DNA of 64,000 nt from a bacterium (GCA_046331705.1 JAXLQJ010000009.1:62001-126000), one strand, 5' to 3'; shown: positions 32,500-43,029, counted from the first letter of the stretch. Notes: generated from the sequence alone by a model not told the origin. Numbers and translations are program-made.

Positions 32500-32967
32500 A
32501 TGCTCACGCTCCGGCGCCAGCCGAGTCGACGCCGCGCCTCGGTGCGCACGGCGCACGCGGGCTTCACGCTGCTCGAGGTGCTGATCGCCGTCGCGCTCCT
32601 CGGGATCGCGCTGATCCCCCTGCTCGGCGGCATGAACGTGAGCCTGAACCTCGCCTACAGCGCCAAGATGAAGACGATCGCGACGCTGCTGGCGCGCGAG
32701 CGCATGACGCGGGTCGAGCTCGCGGGTTTTCCGGAGCTCGGTGATACCGAGGGCGATTTCGGCGAGAACGCCGCAGCGTTCGCGTGGCGGCAATCGGTCG
32801 TCGAGCCACCGCCCGGCCTTGACGCCTCCACCGTGCGCGAGGTGCGACTCTGGGTGGTGTGGAAGGAAGGCAGCGCGGTCCGCGACTACCAGCTCACCAA
32901 TTTCGTCGTGGATCGCAACGCCGCCGACCAGCCGGCCGACCCCAATCAGAACCCGCCCGACAGTTGA
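32500..32967 (+). CDS. gspI: Minor pseudopilin I
   Basis: GFTLLEVLIAVALLG; ATLLARERM; FAW..V; VREVRLWVVW. Confidence 0.8.
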   Translation: MLTLRRQPSRRRASVRTAHAGFTLLEVLIAVALLGIALIPLLGGMNVSLNLAYSAKMKTIATLLARERMTRVELAGFPELGDTEGDFGENAAAFAWRQSVVEPPPGLDASTVREVRLWVVWKEGSAVRDYQLTNFVVDRNAADQPADPNQNPPDS

Positions 32968-33572
32968 GCGTGAAGCCAGCCGTGATGCCGCCTCGATCCG
33001 CCCGGAGCGCTTCACCGCCGCGTCCCCGCTGCACGCGCGCGGCGCGCGGGTTCACGCTGATCGAGCTCTTGATCGTGGTGTTCTTGCTCAGCATCACGCT
33101 GGCGCTCGCGATCCCCACGTTCCAGGACGTCACCGGCGCACGGCTGCGCTCGGCGGCGCGCATGATCGCGGGCGCGGCGCGCTTCGTTCACGGCGAGTCG
33201 GTCGCCACCCGCGGCATCTATCGGCTCGAGCTCGACCTCGAGGGTGGACGCTACTGGGTGTCGAAGTGCGTTCCCGACGAGGACAACCGCTGCGAGTGGG
33301 CGCGCGACTCGAGCACCCTCGCGGGAGTGCGCCAGCTGCCCGACGGCGTCGTCTTCCAGGGCGTCCGCACCACCCAAGAGGACGGAGCGCTGCGCACCCT
33401 CGGGGTCGCCCAGGTTCACTTCCTGCCGCGCGGCTACGTCGAGCCGGCGGTCATCCACCTCGGTCGCGAGCACGGCGACGGTGCCTTCACGCTGGTGGTG
33501 AGCCCCATCGGCGGCGAGGTCGAGATCTTGGAGGGCAACGTCGATCTCACCCTCGGACGAGGCATGCACTGA
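32964..33572 (+). CDS. gspH: Minor pseudopilin H
   Basis: GFTLIELLIVV...LAIPTF; LRSAARMIAG; FLPRG; start uncertain (TTG 32964 or ATG 32985). Confidence 0.8.
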   Translation: MSVKPAVMPPRSARSASPPRPRCTRAARGFTLIELLIVVFLLSITLALAIPTFQDVTGARLRSAARMIAGAARFVHGESVATRGIYRLELDLEGGRYWVSKCVPDEDNRCEWARDSSTLAGVRQLPDGVVFQGVRTTQEDGALRTLGVAQVHFLPRGYVEPAVIHLGREHGDGAFTLVVSPIGGEVEILEGNVDLTLGRGMH

Positions 33573-34294
33573 TGCGCGCGCTCGCCGATTCCCGCGGCTT
33601 CACGCTGATCGAGATGTTGATCGCCATCGCGATCTTCGCGCTGCTGATGATCAGCGTGTACCAGACCTTCGACCAGGGCATCCGCGCCTACCAGACCGTG
33701 GAGCGCAGCCGCGAGCTCAACGAGACCGCGCGATTGGTGCTGGAGCGCATCCAGGACGATCTCGAGAGCGCCGCCATCTTTCCCGACGATCCCAACATGG
33801 TGATGGTCGGCGAGGACGGCACGGGAGCGAGCGGCCGCCCGACCGATCGGCTGGTCTTCGCGACGCTCAATCACCTCGCCCTCGATCCCAACGCGCCGGA
33901 GTCGGACCTCGCCGAGATCGAGTACCGGATCCGGCCCGACCCCGAGACCCGCATGCCGCTCTTGGTACGCCGCGAGAAGGCCTACCTCGACGAGGATCAC
34001 GACCAAGGCGGCGTCCTCACGGTGCTGAGCAACAAGGTGCTGGCGCTCAACTTCCGCTATTTCGACGGCACCGAGACGCTGAAGGAGCGCTGGGACGCGC
34101 GCGCGCAGGGCGACCAGCTCGCCCACGAGCAGGGGCAGGCGCTGAGCGACGACGTGAACACCGGCATCCTGCCGCAGGCCGTCGAGACCACGCTGGTGCT
34201 GGCCGACGCCGAGGGCCGCGAGGTCGCCTTCACGTCGGTCACGCGCTTGGCGCTCGCGAAGCCGCCGCCGACGGAGGTGGTCCGTGTCCGCTGA
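33572..34294 (+). CDS. gspJ: Minor pseudopilin J
   Basis: TGATG overlap; GFTLIEMLIAIAIF; RIQDDLESA; EIEYR, LVRRE, LNFRYFDG, LPQAVE. Confidence 0.85.
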   Translation: MRALADSRGFTLIEMLIAIAIFALLMISVYQTFDQGIRAYQTVERSRELNETARLVLERIQDDLESAAIFPDDPNMVMVGEDGTGASGRPTDRLVFATLNHLALDPNAPESDLAEIEYRIRPDPETRMPLLVRREKAYLDEDHDQGGVLTVLSNKVLALNFRYFDGTETLKERWDARAQGDQLAHEQGQALSDDVNTGILPQAVETTLVLADAEGREVAFTSVTRLALAKPPPTEVVRVR

Positions 34295-35369
34295 GCGCAC
34301 GCCCCGCAGGCGCCGTCGCGTGGCGCCGCCGCGCCTGCGCCGCCCGGGCTCGTCGCAGCGCGGTGTCGCGCTGCTCTTGGTGCTGCTCATCATCGCGGTG
34401 GTCGCCAGCATCCAGATCGAGACCCAGTACCTCACCCGCATCGACGCCAAGATCGCGAGCAATGTCGCCCTCGACACGCGCTTCTACTACCTCGCCAAGT
34501 CCGGCGTGGAGGCGGCGCGCTCGCTGCTCACCGAGGACGCCCGCGACAACGAGTTCGACGCCACCAGCGAGACCTGGGCGGCGCCCATCGCGTATCCGGT
34601 GGACGAGGCGCTGGTCTCGCTCTCGATCGTCGACGAGGAGCGGAAGTTCCCGCTCAACTATCTCCTCAAGCGCACCACGCCGCCGCCCCAGAACGGGCAA
34701 CCGCAGCCGCCGCAATACGAGGTCGACGCGCCCCTCTACGAGGCCTTCACGCGCTTGCTCGAGGCGGTGGAGGCGCCGCCCGAGGTCGCGCCCGCGCTCA
34801 TCGACTGGCTCGATCCCGACGACGATCCCTACGGCCCCGACGGTGCGGAGATCAACTTCTACGAGCGGCTCAAGCCGCCCTATCGCACCAAGAACCGCGC
34901 CTTGAGCACGCTCGACGAGCTGCGCCTGGTGCGCGGCATCGACGCCAAGGTCTTTCGCGCCATCGCCGACCTGGTCACGCCCTATTCGAGCGACGCCAAG
35001 GTGAACGTCAACACCGCTCCGCGCGAGCTGCTCGCGGTGCTGATGCCCGAGGCCGACGCATCGGCGCTCGACGAGATCGTCCAGAAGCGCACCGACGAGC
35101 CGTTCCAGAAGATCCAGGGAACCGAGGACAACGCACTGGAAGCCTTCCTCTCCGGCTTCAGCTGGATGACCCCGGATCGGCTCAAGGAAGTGCTCGAGCT
35201 CTTCCGCGCGAGCTCGTCGCATTTCACGATCTCGAGCACCGCGAGCCTGATCCCGAGCTCCGACGACGGCGACACTCCGACCCAACCCGAGAACCTGAAG
35301 CTTCTGCGCGCGGTGGTGAACCGCAACGGCGACGGAGTGACGGAGCTCGTCTACTGGCGAGCGACCTGA
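34284..35369 (+). CDS. gspK: Minor pseudopilin K
   Basis: QRGVALLLVL; DEERKFPLN; LIDWLDPD; DELRLVRGI; VNVNTAP. Confidence 0.9.
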   Translation: MSAERTPRRRRRVAPPRLRRPGSSQRGVALLLVLLIIAVVASIQIETQYLTRIDAKIASNVALDTRFYYLAKSGVEAARSLLTEDARDNEFDATSETWAAPIAYPVDEALVSLSIVDEERKFPLNYLLKRTTPPPQNGQPQPPQYEVDAPLYEAFTRLLEAVEAPPEVAPALIDWLDPDDDPYGPDGAEINFYERLKPPYRTKNRALSTLDELRLVRGIDAKVFRAIADLVTPYSSDAKVNVNTAPRELLAVLMPEADASALDEIVQKRTDEPFQKIQGTEDNALEAFLSGFSWMTPDRLKEVLELFRASSSHFTISSTASLIPSSDDGDTPTQPENLKLLRAVVNRNGDGVTELVYWRAT

Positions 35370-35407
35370 CCCGACGACCGACGCGCCGCGCGAGGTCACG
35401 AGGAAAC

Positions 35408-36970
35408 ATGCCGATCACGCTAGGAATCGACGTTGGACACGCCGTCATCAAGGCGGTGGCGGTGGCGAGCGGGCGCACGCCCACCGTGCTGTGGTCGGCG
35501 CGCGTGGCACGCGAGGGCGCCGAGGGTCCGGCGCTGGTCGAGCGACTCGCGCAGCTGCGGGCCGCCGCGAAGGGCCCCTACGAGTCCGTGATCGCGGCGC
35601 TGGGAAGCGAGTCGGCGAGCCTGCTGCTCTTCCCGATGCCGTTCTCCAACCCCAAGATCATCGAGCAAACCGTCGGCGGCGAGGTCGAGGGCCTGGTACC
35701 CGTCGCGATCGACGACCAGCACATCACCCACCAGATCCTGGCGAGCGACAAGCAGGGCGCGCGCATCGCCGCCGCCGTCGCGCCCGAAGGCACGATCCAG
35801 GCGACGGTCGACACGCTCACGGCGGGCGGCCTCGAGCCGCGGGTCCTCGACCTCGACGTGATGGCGCTCTGGACGTGTGCCGTCGCGATCGCGCCGGGAG
35901 GAGGAGCGCGCGCCGTGGTGGACGTCGGCGCGGCGGTCACGCGGATGATCGTCCTCGACGGCGACCGCCTGGTGGCGGTGCGCACGTTGCCCGAAGGCGG
36001 CCAATCGGTCACCGCCGCGCTGGCGGCTCGGGTCGGCCTCGAGACCGACGCGGCCGAGTCGCGCAAGCTCGAGCTCTCGGCGAGCGCCGACGTCGTGCCG
36101 AGCGCCGAGCCCGACGCCGAGGACGCGCCCGCCGTGGCGGCGCTCCGCGAGGCCTACGGTGCGATCGCCGACGACATCGCGCTGTCGCTGCGGACCGTGG
36201 AGCTCAAGGAGCGCATCCAGATCGAGCGCGTGATGCTCGTCGGCGGTGCCGCGCGCGCCCGTGGCTTCGACCGCGCGGTGAGCGCACGCACCGGCGTCGA
36301 CGCCGCGCTCGCCGCGCCGCCCGAGGGTGCGGCGGCGGAAGCGGGCTGGTGGCCCGACGGGGCCGTGGCCTACGGTCTCGCGCTGCGCGGATCGCGCGCC
36401 GTGCGCGGCAGCAGCCTCAACTTCCGTCACGGCGCGTTCGCGTACGGCCGCGACGTGCGCGAGATCACGCGACGCGTGGCGCCGCTCGCGCTACCGATCG
36501 CGGTGATGCTGCTCGCGGGCATCGTGAGCTACGTGGTGCGCTACGTGAGCCTGCGCCAGCAAGCCCAGGGCGTGCGCAATCAGGTGGTCGAGATCTTCCG
36601 CACCGAGTTCAAGAACGTGCCCATCCAGGATCCCGAAGCGCAGACGCGTCAGCAGATCGGGATCCTGGACAAGAAGATCAATCTGCTGTCCTCCTCGGCG
36701 CCCCCCGCCGAGGTGATGCGGGCGCTCTCCGCCGCCGCCCCCGCCGACGTCGACGTGACCCTCGACGGCATGACGATGGAAGGCTCGCGCGTCACGGTGG
36801 AGGGACATTGCAGCGACTTCGAGAGCATCGACAAGCTCAAGACCGCGCTCACCGGGGTCGAGCCGTTCGGCGAGGTGCGCGTCCAGGATCAATCCAAGGA
36901 CGGCAACGTCGTGCGCTTCACGATGATCCTCGAGCTCACGCGCGGGGAAGCGGCGGGAGGTGAGTCGTGA
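35408..36970 (+). CDS. gspL: Type II secretion protein L (PilM-like actin-fold N-terminus)
   Basis: LGIDVG, VVDVGA..T, LVGGAA, LNFRHGAFA then TM and periplasmic domain; position between K and M. Confidence 0.85.
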   Translation: MPITLGIDVGHAVIKAVAVASGRTPTVLWSARVAREGAEGPALVERLAQLRAAAKGPYESVIAALGSESASLLLFPMPFSNPKIIEQTVGGEVEGLVPVAIDDQHITHQILASDKQGARIAAAVAPEGTIQATVDTLTAGGLEPRVLDLDVMALWTCAVAIAPGGGARAVVDVGAAVTRMIVLDGDRLVAVRTLPEGGQSVTAALAARVGLETDAAESRKLELSASADVVPSAEPDAEDAPAVAALREAYGAIADDIALSLRTVELKERIQIERVMLVGGAARARGFDRAVSARTGVDAALAAPPEGAAAEAGWWPDGAVAYGLALRGSRAVRGSSLNFRHGAFAYGRDVREITRRVAPLALPIAVMLLAGIVSYVVRYVSLRQQAQGVRNQVVEIFRTEFKNVPIQDPEAQTRQQIGILDKKINLLSSSAPPAEVMRALSAAAPADVDVTLDGMTMEGSRVTVEGHCSDFESIDKLKTALTGVEPFGEVRVQDQSKDGNVVRFTMILELTRGEAAGGES

Positions 36971-37536
36971 TCGAGGGGCTCTTCACCCAGGCGCGGCGAG
37001 CGTTCCTGCGGCGCGAGCCGCGCGAGCGCAAGCTGATCGTCGGCGCGGGCGCGGCGCTGGCCGCGCTGCTCGCGTGGAGCATCGTCGACGGCATGATGGG
37101 CAGCATCGATCGGCTGGAGCGCGAGATCGCCAACGGCGGTCGTCGGCTCGACAAGATGCAGGCACTCATCGCCGAGTATCGGGACAAGAAGAAGAAGGTC
37201 GAGGAGGCGACTCCACAAGCCGGCCCCAGCAGCTCGCTCACCCAGACGGTCCAGGATCTGGCCAATCAGGCCGGCGCGCAGGACGCGGTTGCCACCATCC
37301 GCAACCGCCCCGTCCCTCCCGGCGACGCCGAGTACAAGGAGGTCGCCGTCGAGATGCAGCTCAAGGCGCTGGCGCAGGAGCCGCTGGTGAAGCTCTTGGT
37401 CGGCATCAACAACTCGCGCCAGCACCTCAAGGTCAGCCGGCTGCGCCTCGACGCGCACGGCGACGAAGGCAAGCGACTCTTCGACGTGAGCCTGACCGTC
37501 TCGCGCTTCGAGGCGCAGGCGGGAGAGCGCTCATGA
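36967..37536 (+). CDS. gspM: Type II secretion protein M
   Basis: PRERKLI followed by TM, coiled coil and ferredoxin-like domain. Confidence 0.82.
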   Translation: MIEGLFTQARRAFLRREPRERKLIVGAGAALAALLAWSIVDGMMGSIDRLEREIANGGRRLDKMQALIAEYRDKKKKVEEATPQAGPSSSLTQTVQDLANQAGAQDAVATIRNRPVPPGDAEYKEVAVEMQLKALAQEPLVKLLVGINNSRQHLKVSRLRLDAHGDEGKRLFDVSLTVSRFEAQAGERS

Positions 37537-38405
37537 AACGCGCGGCACGCTACGCAGGGCTCGCCTTGGCCTGGCTGCTGTTGGTGGCGTACTTCACCTA
37601 CCTACGGTTCCCGTATGGACGCTTGCGACCCGTGATCGAGCAACGGCTCGCGGCGCTGGGCATCGGACAGATCGCGTTCGACGAGATCGGCGCCACGCCG
37701 CTCGGCGGCGTGCGGCTGGGCGGTGTCTCCTGGACGGCGCCCGGCGCTCCCGCGAGCCAGGCGGTGGCGATCGATCGCCTCGATCTCGCGCCGGCCTACA
37801 CCAAGCTCGTGCGACGCGCGCGCGGCGTCAGCTTCGACGCTCGGCTCGCCGGTGGCAGCGCGCACGGCACCGCGGCCCTCACCGCGGAGGGCCACAGGCA
37901 GATCGCCGCGCGATTCGACGGGATCGATCTCGCGAAGGCCAAGATCCCCGGCTTGGGCGCAGGGTTGCAGGGCTCGATCGGCGGAAAGGTGGACGTGGAT
38001 CTCGCCGGCGGTCCCGCCGAAGGTGGCAACGGCTCCTTCCACCTCGAAGCGCTCGATGGCACCGTGCCGCCGGGAGTCTCGCCCGCGCTGGCGATCCTGC
38101 CGGCGCCGATCCGTTTCGCGAAGCTCGGTGTCGACGCCACACTCGATGGCTCGAAGCTCGAGATCACCGAGCTCGCGCTGGCGGGGCCGGACCTCGAGGG
38201 TGCCGCCACCGGAACCATCACGCTGCGTGGGCGCTCGATCGCCAACGGCCAGCTCAACGCCGACGTCAAGTTCAAGCTACCGGACGGCTCGGGTCTCAAG
38301 GCCGCCGAGATGCTGCTCGCCGGTGCGCGCATGAAGAAGGACAACGAGGGCTTCTACGGCCTCAAGCTCGCTGGCACGGTGTCGAGCCCGGTGCCGCGGA
38401 TCTGA
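37533..38405 (+). CDS. gspN: Type II secretion protein N
   Basis: ATGA overlap; TM then YLRFPY, beta-rich repeat, terminal LAGTVSSP. Confidence 0.8.
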   Translation: MKRAARYAGLALAWLLLVAYFTYLRFPYGRLRPVIEQRLAALGIGQIAFDEIGATPLGGVRLGGVSWTAPGAPASQAVAIDRLDLAPAYTKLVRRARGVSFDARLAGGSAHGTAALTAEGHRQIAARFDGIDLAKAKIPGLGAGLQGSIGGKVDVDLAGGPAEGGNGSFHLEALDGTVPPGVSPALAILPAPIRFAKLGVDATLDGSKLEITELALAGPDLEGAATGTITLRGRSIANGQLNADVKFKLPDGSGLKAAEMLLAGARMKKDNEGFYGLKLAGTVSSPVPRI

Positions 38406-38411
38406 GTTGTT

Positions 38412-38684
38412 GCGGGGGTCTGTTCCAGACCCCCGCCCTCCGCGGCAAAGCCGCGGAGGGGCCCACCCCCAAGGCGACTCGCGGCGCTCGTCGGCTCGCC
38501 TACCGGCTCGCGCAGAGATCGACGGCGAGCGGGGAGACCGCTCGGCCGATCGGCGGAACACGGCGTACGTTCGGGCTCTTCCAGCCCCCCGCCCGCAGCG
38601 GCAATGCCGCGGAGGGGCCACCCCCAAGGCGACTCGCGGCGCTCGTCGGCTCGCCTACCGGCTCGCGCAGAGATCCACGGCGAG
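38412..38684. repeat. Two imperfect direct copies (~106 bp; 38423-38529 and 38579-38684) of a palindromic REP/MITE-like element
   Basis: Shared core CACCCCCAAGGCGACTCGCGGCGCTCGTCGGCTCGCCTACCGGCTCGCGCAGAGATC; copy 1 has hairpins GCGGGGGTCTG-ttc-CAGACCCCCGC and CCTCCGCGGC-aaa-GCCGCGGAGG. Confidence 0.85.
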
Positions 38685-39143
38685 GGTCGATACCGGGGCG
38701 CTCGGGCGCGTGACGCAGCTCGATCCGGAAGCCGGCCGCCACGGTTGCAGGCGCGCCGGGATGGATCGCCGGGCTCGCCCGTGGGTAACGGGGGATCGCT
38801 CGGAACATTACTCGCGCGTAGCGCCGTGACGCGGCTTGCTCGTGATCGTCGCAGCCCGGCGACGGCCGTTGCTTTGCACTAACGAATCATCATCGACTCC
38901 CGGACACGGCACGGGATCCGGTGAAGCTCATGGCCGCGATCAGGCCGCCGAGCTGCTTGGATGGGTGCGGAGCACGTCCGCAACCGTGGAGGCACACCTC
39001 CCGCGGGCGCGCAGACCCGCGTGGAGGCATCCCGCATCGCCCACGGCGAGAGGCGGACGCCTGCCCACGACCGCATCCGTGCGCCCCGCGCGTCGGAAGA
39101 GACACCCCGCTCCGCCCGGGAGATCGCCGTGGAGGAGGGCACC

Positions 39144-40301
39144 ATGAGTCGGCTGCGCTCGACGTCCATCGTCGTGCTGTCGCTCTTCCTCGCCGTCGAA
39201 TCGAACGTCCTGGCCAGCGGCGACGATCTCCCTGCCGCCATGCGCTTCGCGGTCCGGCCCGAGGACCGGTGCACCGTCGCGGGCTTCGGCGCGGAGGATC
39301 GACCGCGCGAGCCTCGGGAACGGCCGCTGCTCGCGCCGGTCGAGCTCGCGCGCGACGCCGGCCGCAACCCTGACGAGCTGCGGGTCGACGCACCCGTGAT
39401 CGCCGCGCGCGACGCAGCCAGCCGACCGCCGTTCGATGCAGCGACCGACACCGACGGCACCCGAGCGAGCTCGTGCGTGCCCGCGTGGACACTCGAGTGC
39501 GGCGACTCCGACTCCTGGGCGAACGACGGCGAGGGAAGCACCGACGTGGAGCTCGACTACGCGTGCATCCCGTGGCCCGAGTCCGGACCCGAGTTCACGT
39601 ATTCGTTCTCTTCCCCTGCGACCACCCAGGTGACCGTCGACCTGACGGACCTCTCGGCGGATCTCGATCTCTTCGCGCTGTCGGCGCCCGGCGGAGTCTG
39701 CTCGGGATCGAACTGCGACGCGTTCTCAGCGAGCTCGGGCCTCGCGTCCGAGTCGCTCACGTTCACGGCGAGCGCCGGCGAAGCGTACTTTCTCGTCGTC
39801 GATGGCTATGCCGACTCCGTCGGCTCGTACCAGATCGCCGTCAGCTGCGCGCCTGCGTGTGCACCCGCCTGGGACCTTCGGTGTGGTGCATCCGACTCCT
39901 GGGCCAACGACCAGACCGGCAGCACCAACGCGATGACGGACTACTCCTGCGTCCCCTGGTCGGAGTCCGGGCCGGAGTACGCGTACCGCTTCTCCGCGGC
40001 GGAGCCCGTCCGCGTCACGATCGACCTGACGGGGCTCACGGCCGATCTCGACCTGATGGTGCTCGCCTCGCCCGGCGGAACGTGCTCGGGGTCGAATTGC
40101 GTCGCTGCATCGTCGGTCTCGGGAACGGCCGCCGAGTCGGTGACGTTCACCGCGCTCGCCGACGTAACGTATGCGGTCGTGGTCGACGGGTACGGCGGTG
40201 CGACCAGCCCCTACCAGATCACCGTCGCATGCCGGGCGGTGATCTTCGACGACGACTTCGAGTCGGGCTCGGTGAACACCTGGACCACCCACGTCCCCTG
40301 A
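39144..40301 (+). CDS. Secreted Cys-rich protein with two tandem PPC-like beta domains and a C-terminal IFDDDFESG tail
   Basis: GGAGGAGG RBS; signal peptide; two ~125-aa repeats (SDSWAND...ESGPE...ADLDL...VVDGY). Confidence 0.8.
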   Translation: MSRLRSTSIVVLSLFLAVESNVLASGDDLPAAMRFAVRPEDRCTVAGFGAEDRPREPRERPLLAPVELARDAGRNPDELRVDAPVIAARDAASRPPFDAATDTDGTRASSCVPAWTLECGDSDSWANDGEGSTDVELDYACIPWPESGPEFTYSFSSPATTQVTVDLTDLSADLDLFALSAPGGVCSGSNCDAFSASSGLASESLTFTASAGEAYFLVVDGYADSVGSYQIAVSCAPACAPAWDLRCGASDSWANDQTGSTNAMTDYSCVPWSESGPEYAYRFSAAEPVRVTIDLTGLTADLDLMVLASPGGTCSGSNCVAASSVSGTAAESVTFTALADVTYAVVVDGYGGATSPYQITVACRAVIFDDDFESGSVNTWTTHVP

Positions 40302-40424
40302 TGGTCGCAAGCGCCGTCGATCCGGATCGCGCGAGGACCGCCGCGGTGACTCACCTCGTCGCCTGTCGCCTGTCCCGGCCGCGCCGCGCGCCTCTCGTCT
40401 CGCCGATCCGCCGCCGGCGAGCGA

Positions 40425-41807
40425 CTAGCGTCGTCCCAGCGCGCGCAGGAGGTCGGCGCGCGCCGAGGCCAAGCGGTAGCGCGCCTGGACTTCCTGGGCG
40501 CGCGCCGAGGAAAGCGCCACTTCCGCGTCGCCCAGCTCGATGACGTTGCCCACTCCGGTCTCGTAGCGTCCTTCGGCGAGCCTGAGCTGCTCGCGCGCGT
40601 TGACCACCACCTCGCCGGCGGCGGCGATCGAGCTCTTCGCGCCGCGCACACCGAGCCGCGCCTGCTCCACCTCGAGGCGGATCTGCTGCTCGAGCGTCTC
40701 GAGCTCGCCCTGCGCCACCGCGACGTTGGCCAGCGCCTCGCGTTCCGCGGCGCGGGTCGCCCCACCTTCGAAGAGCGGCCACGAGAGCGCCACGCCTGCG
40801 TCCCAGTTCCAGGTGGTGTCGTCGATCCGCGTGCCGGCATCCGAGAGCGTGGAGGTGGCCTTAAGCGTCGGCGCGTAGCCGCCGCGCACCGAGCCGACCT
40901 CGAGCTCTTGGCTGCGCAAGCGCGCCGCGAGCGTGTGAAGGTCGGGGCGCGTGGCTTTCGCCGTCGCCAGCAGCACGTCGGTGCTCGCGTCCTCGGCGTC
41001 GACCGGTGGCATCTCGTCGTCACCCACCTCGAACGGCGCGTCGTCGGTGATGCCGATCGCGCGGCGCAGCTCCGCCTTGGCCGTGTCCCACGAGTTCTCG
41101 GCCTCGATCAGCGACACGCGCGCGTTGGCGTGATCGGTGCGCGCCTGGGCGAGATCGATCTCCGGGCGGGTGCCGACCTCGACGAACGCCGAGATCTGCT
41201 CCAGGTGCCGCGCCTGGTTGGCGAGCGTGTCGCGCGCCACCGTGACGAGGTCGAGCGCGGCGCGCGCCGCGAAGTAGGCGTTGCGCACGTCGCGCGCCAC
41301 GTCCACGTCCGTCGAGCGCTCGTTCGCACGCTCGGCGTCCAGGCTCGCCTCGGCCGCATCGCGCTTGCCCGTGGTCTGCCCGAAATCGTAGAGCAGCTGG
41401 CTGGCGCGCACGTCGAAAGACCAGTAGTCGAAGGTGTCGAAGGTAGGCGTGGTCGAGCGTCCGGAGCTGGTCGAGCGCGGCAGCGAACCGGGGCGCGACG
41501 TGAAGTTCGCCGTGGTGCGCTCGTAACCCGCCTCGCCCGTGAGCTGGGGCCAGAGCGGGGCGCGCGCTCGATCGACGCGCGCGGCGGCGGCATCGCTGTT
41601 GGCGCGTGCGATGGCCACGCTGGGCTGAGCGCGCGCCGCGAGAGCGAGTGCATCGGCGAGCGTCAGCACGGCGGGAACCGGCGCGGCGGCGGCCGACGCA
41701 GGGCCGGCGTCGCTGGTGTCGGCTGCGCGTCCCACGCCGGCGACGACGAGAAGCGATGCGAGCACGGCGGCGCCCGCCCGCCTCGCGGTGCGGTTGCGAG
41801 CGATCAT
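40425..41807 (-). CDS. TolC-family outer membrane efflux protein
   Basis: LTLADALALA, QLLYDFG, VRNAYF, LSWPLFEGG, RYETGVG; ATGA overlap with the permease. Confidence 0.9.
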   Translation of the reverse strand: MIARNRTARRAGAAVLASLLVVAGVGRAADTSDAGPASAAAAPVPAVLTLADALALAARAQPSVAIARANSDAAAARVDRARAPLWPQLTGEAGYERTTANFTSRPGSLPRSTSSGRSTTPTFDTFDYWSFDVRASQLLYDFGQTTGKRDAAEASLDAERANERSTDVDVARDVRNAYFAARAALDLVTVARDTLANQARHLEQISAFVEVGTRPEIDLAQARTDHANARVSLIEAENSWDTAKAELRRAIGITDDAPFEVGDDEMPPVDAEDASTDVLLATAKATRPDLHTLAARLRSQELEVGSVRGGYAPTLKATSTLSDAGTRIDDTTWNWDAGVALSWPLFEGGATRAAEREALANVAVAQGELETLEQQIRLEVEQARLGVRGAKSSIAAAGEVVVNAREQLRLAEGRYETGVGNVIELGDAEVALSSARAQEVQARYRLASARADLLRALGRR

Positions 41808-43029
41808 TCGTACCTCAAGGCCTCGATGGGATCGAGGCGAGACGCCTTGCGCGCGGGATAGAGCCCGAAGATCACGCCGACCGCCGCGCTGAACACCACC
41901 GCGATCGCGACCACGTCCGCGCGGATCAGGAACGGCCAACCGAATCGGCCGGCGAGCAGGTCGGCGCTCTCGATGCCGAGCCCCACGCCGATCAGCCCGC
42001 CGGCCACCGCCAGCGCGAGCGCCTCGACCAGGAACTGCGTCAGGATGTCGCGCGGCCGCGCGCCCACGGCCATGCGCAGGCCGATCTCGCGCGTGCGCTC
42101 GGTCACGCTCACCAGCATGATGTTCATGATCCCGATCCCACCGACCAGGAGCGACACCGCCGCGATGCTCGCGAGCAGCGAGGTGAGCGTCTCGGTGCCC
42201 TGCGCGCGCGCGCTCGCCATCTCCGTCAGGTTGCGAATGGAGAAATCGTCGTCGTCTCCCTCGGCGAGCCGGTGGCGATCACGCAGCAGCGCCGTGATCT
42301 GTCGCTCGGCCCGCATCAGCTCGGCAGTGCTGGTGGCCCCCACGAACACGACGCCGCCGATGTACTTCTGCAAGCCGCCCTGGATCTTGCCCTGGTACGT
42401 CGAGACCGGCACGAACACCGCATCGTCGTAGTCCTGACCGGTCGGCGATTGCCCCTTGGCGGCGAGCACGCCCACCACCGCGAACGGCACGTTCTTGATC
42501 CGCACGAACTCGCCCACCGGATCGTAGGCGGCACCGTAGAGCTTCTCCGCCACGGTCTTGCCCAGCAGCACGACCTTGGCGCTTCCCTCCACGTCCGCCG
42601 CCGAGAACAGCGCGCCGCTCGCCGCAGCCCAGCTGCGGATCTGGAAATACTCGGGCGAGGTGCCGGTGACGCTGGTGCTCCAGTTCTGATCCTCGCTCTG
42701 CACCTGACTGTTGGTACGCAGCACCGCCGCGGCGGCGCGTACCGAGGGGACCTCCTCGCGGATCGCCTCGAGATCGTCCCAGGTGAGCGTGGGCTGGCTG
42801 CCGAAGCCCCCGCGCACGCCGCCCGAGGTGGTCGAGCCGGGCAGGATGATGAGCAGGTTCGAGCCCATCGAGCTGAACGCCGCCTCCACTTGCGCCTTGG
42901 CACCCTCGCCGATCGCCACCATCGCGATCACGGCGCCGACGCCGATGATGATCCCGAGCGTCGTGAGGAACGAGCGCATCTTGTTGCGCGCCAGCGCGCG
43001 CAGGGCGATCCGCAGGGTCTCGAGCGGGC

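Noticed and set aside
38423-38684. Possible CRISPR array or intrinsic terminator
   Set aside because: Only two ~106-bp imperfect units, far longer than CRISPR repeats; no cas genes; no U-tract after the hairpins.
38685-39143. Short ORFs in the ~460-bp gap before the repeat protein
   Set aside because: No RBS, motifs or coding-like composition; treated as intergenic.
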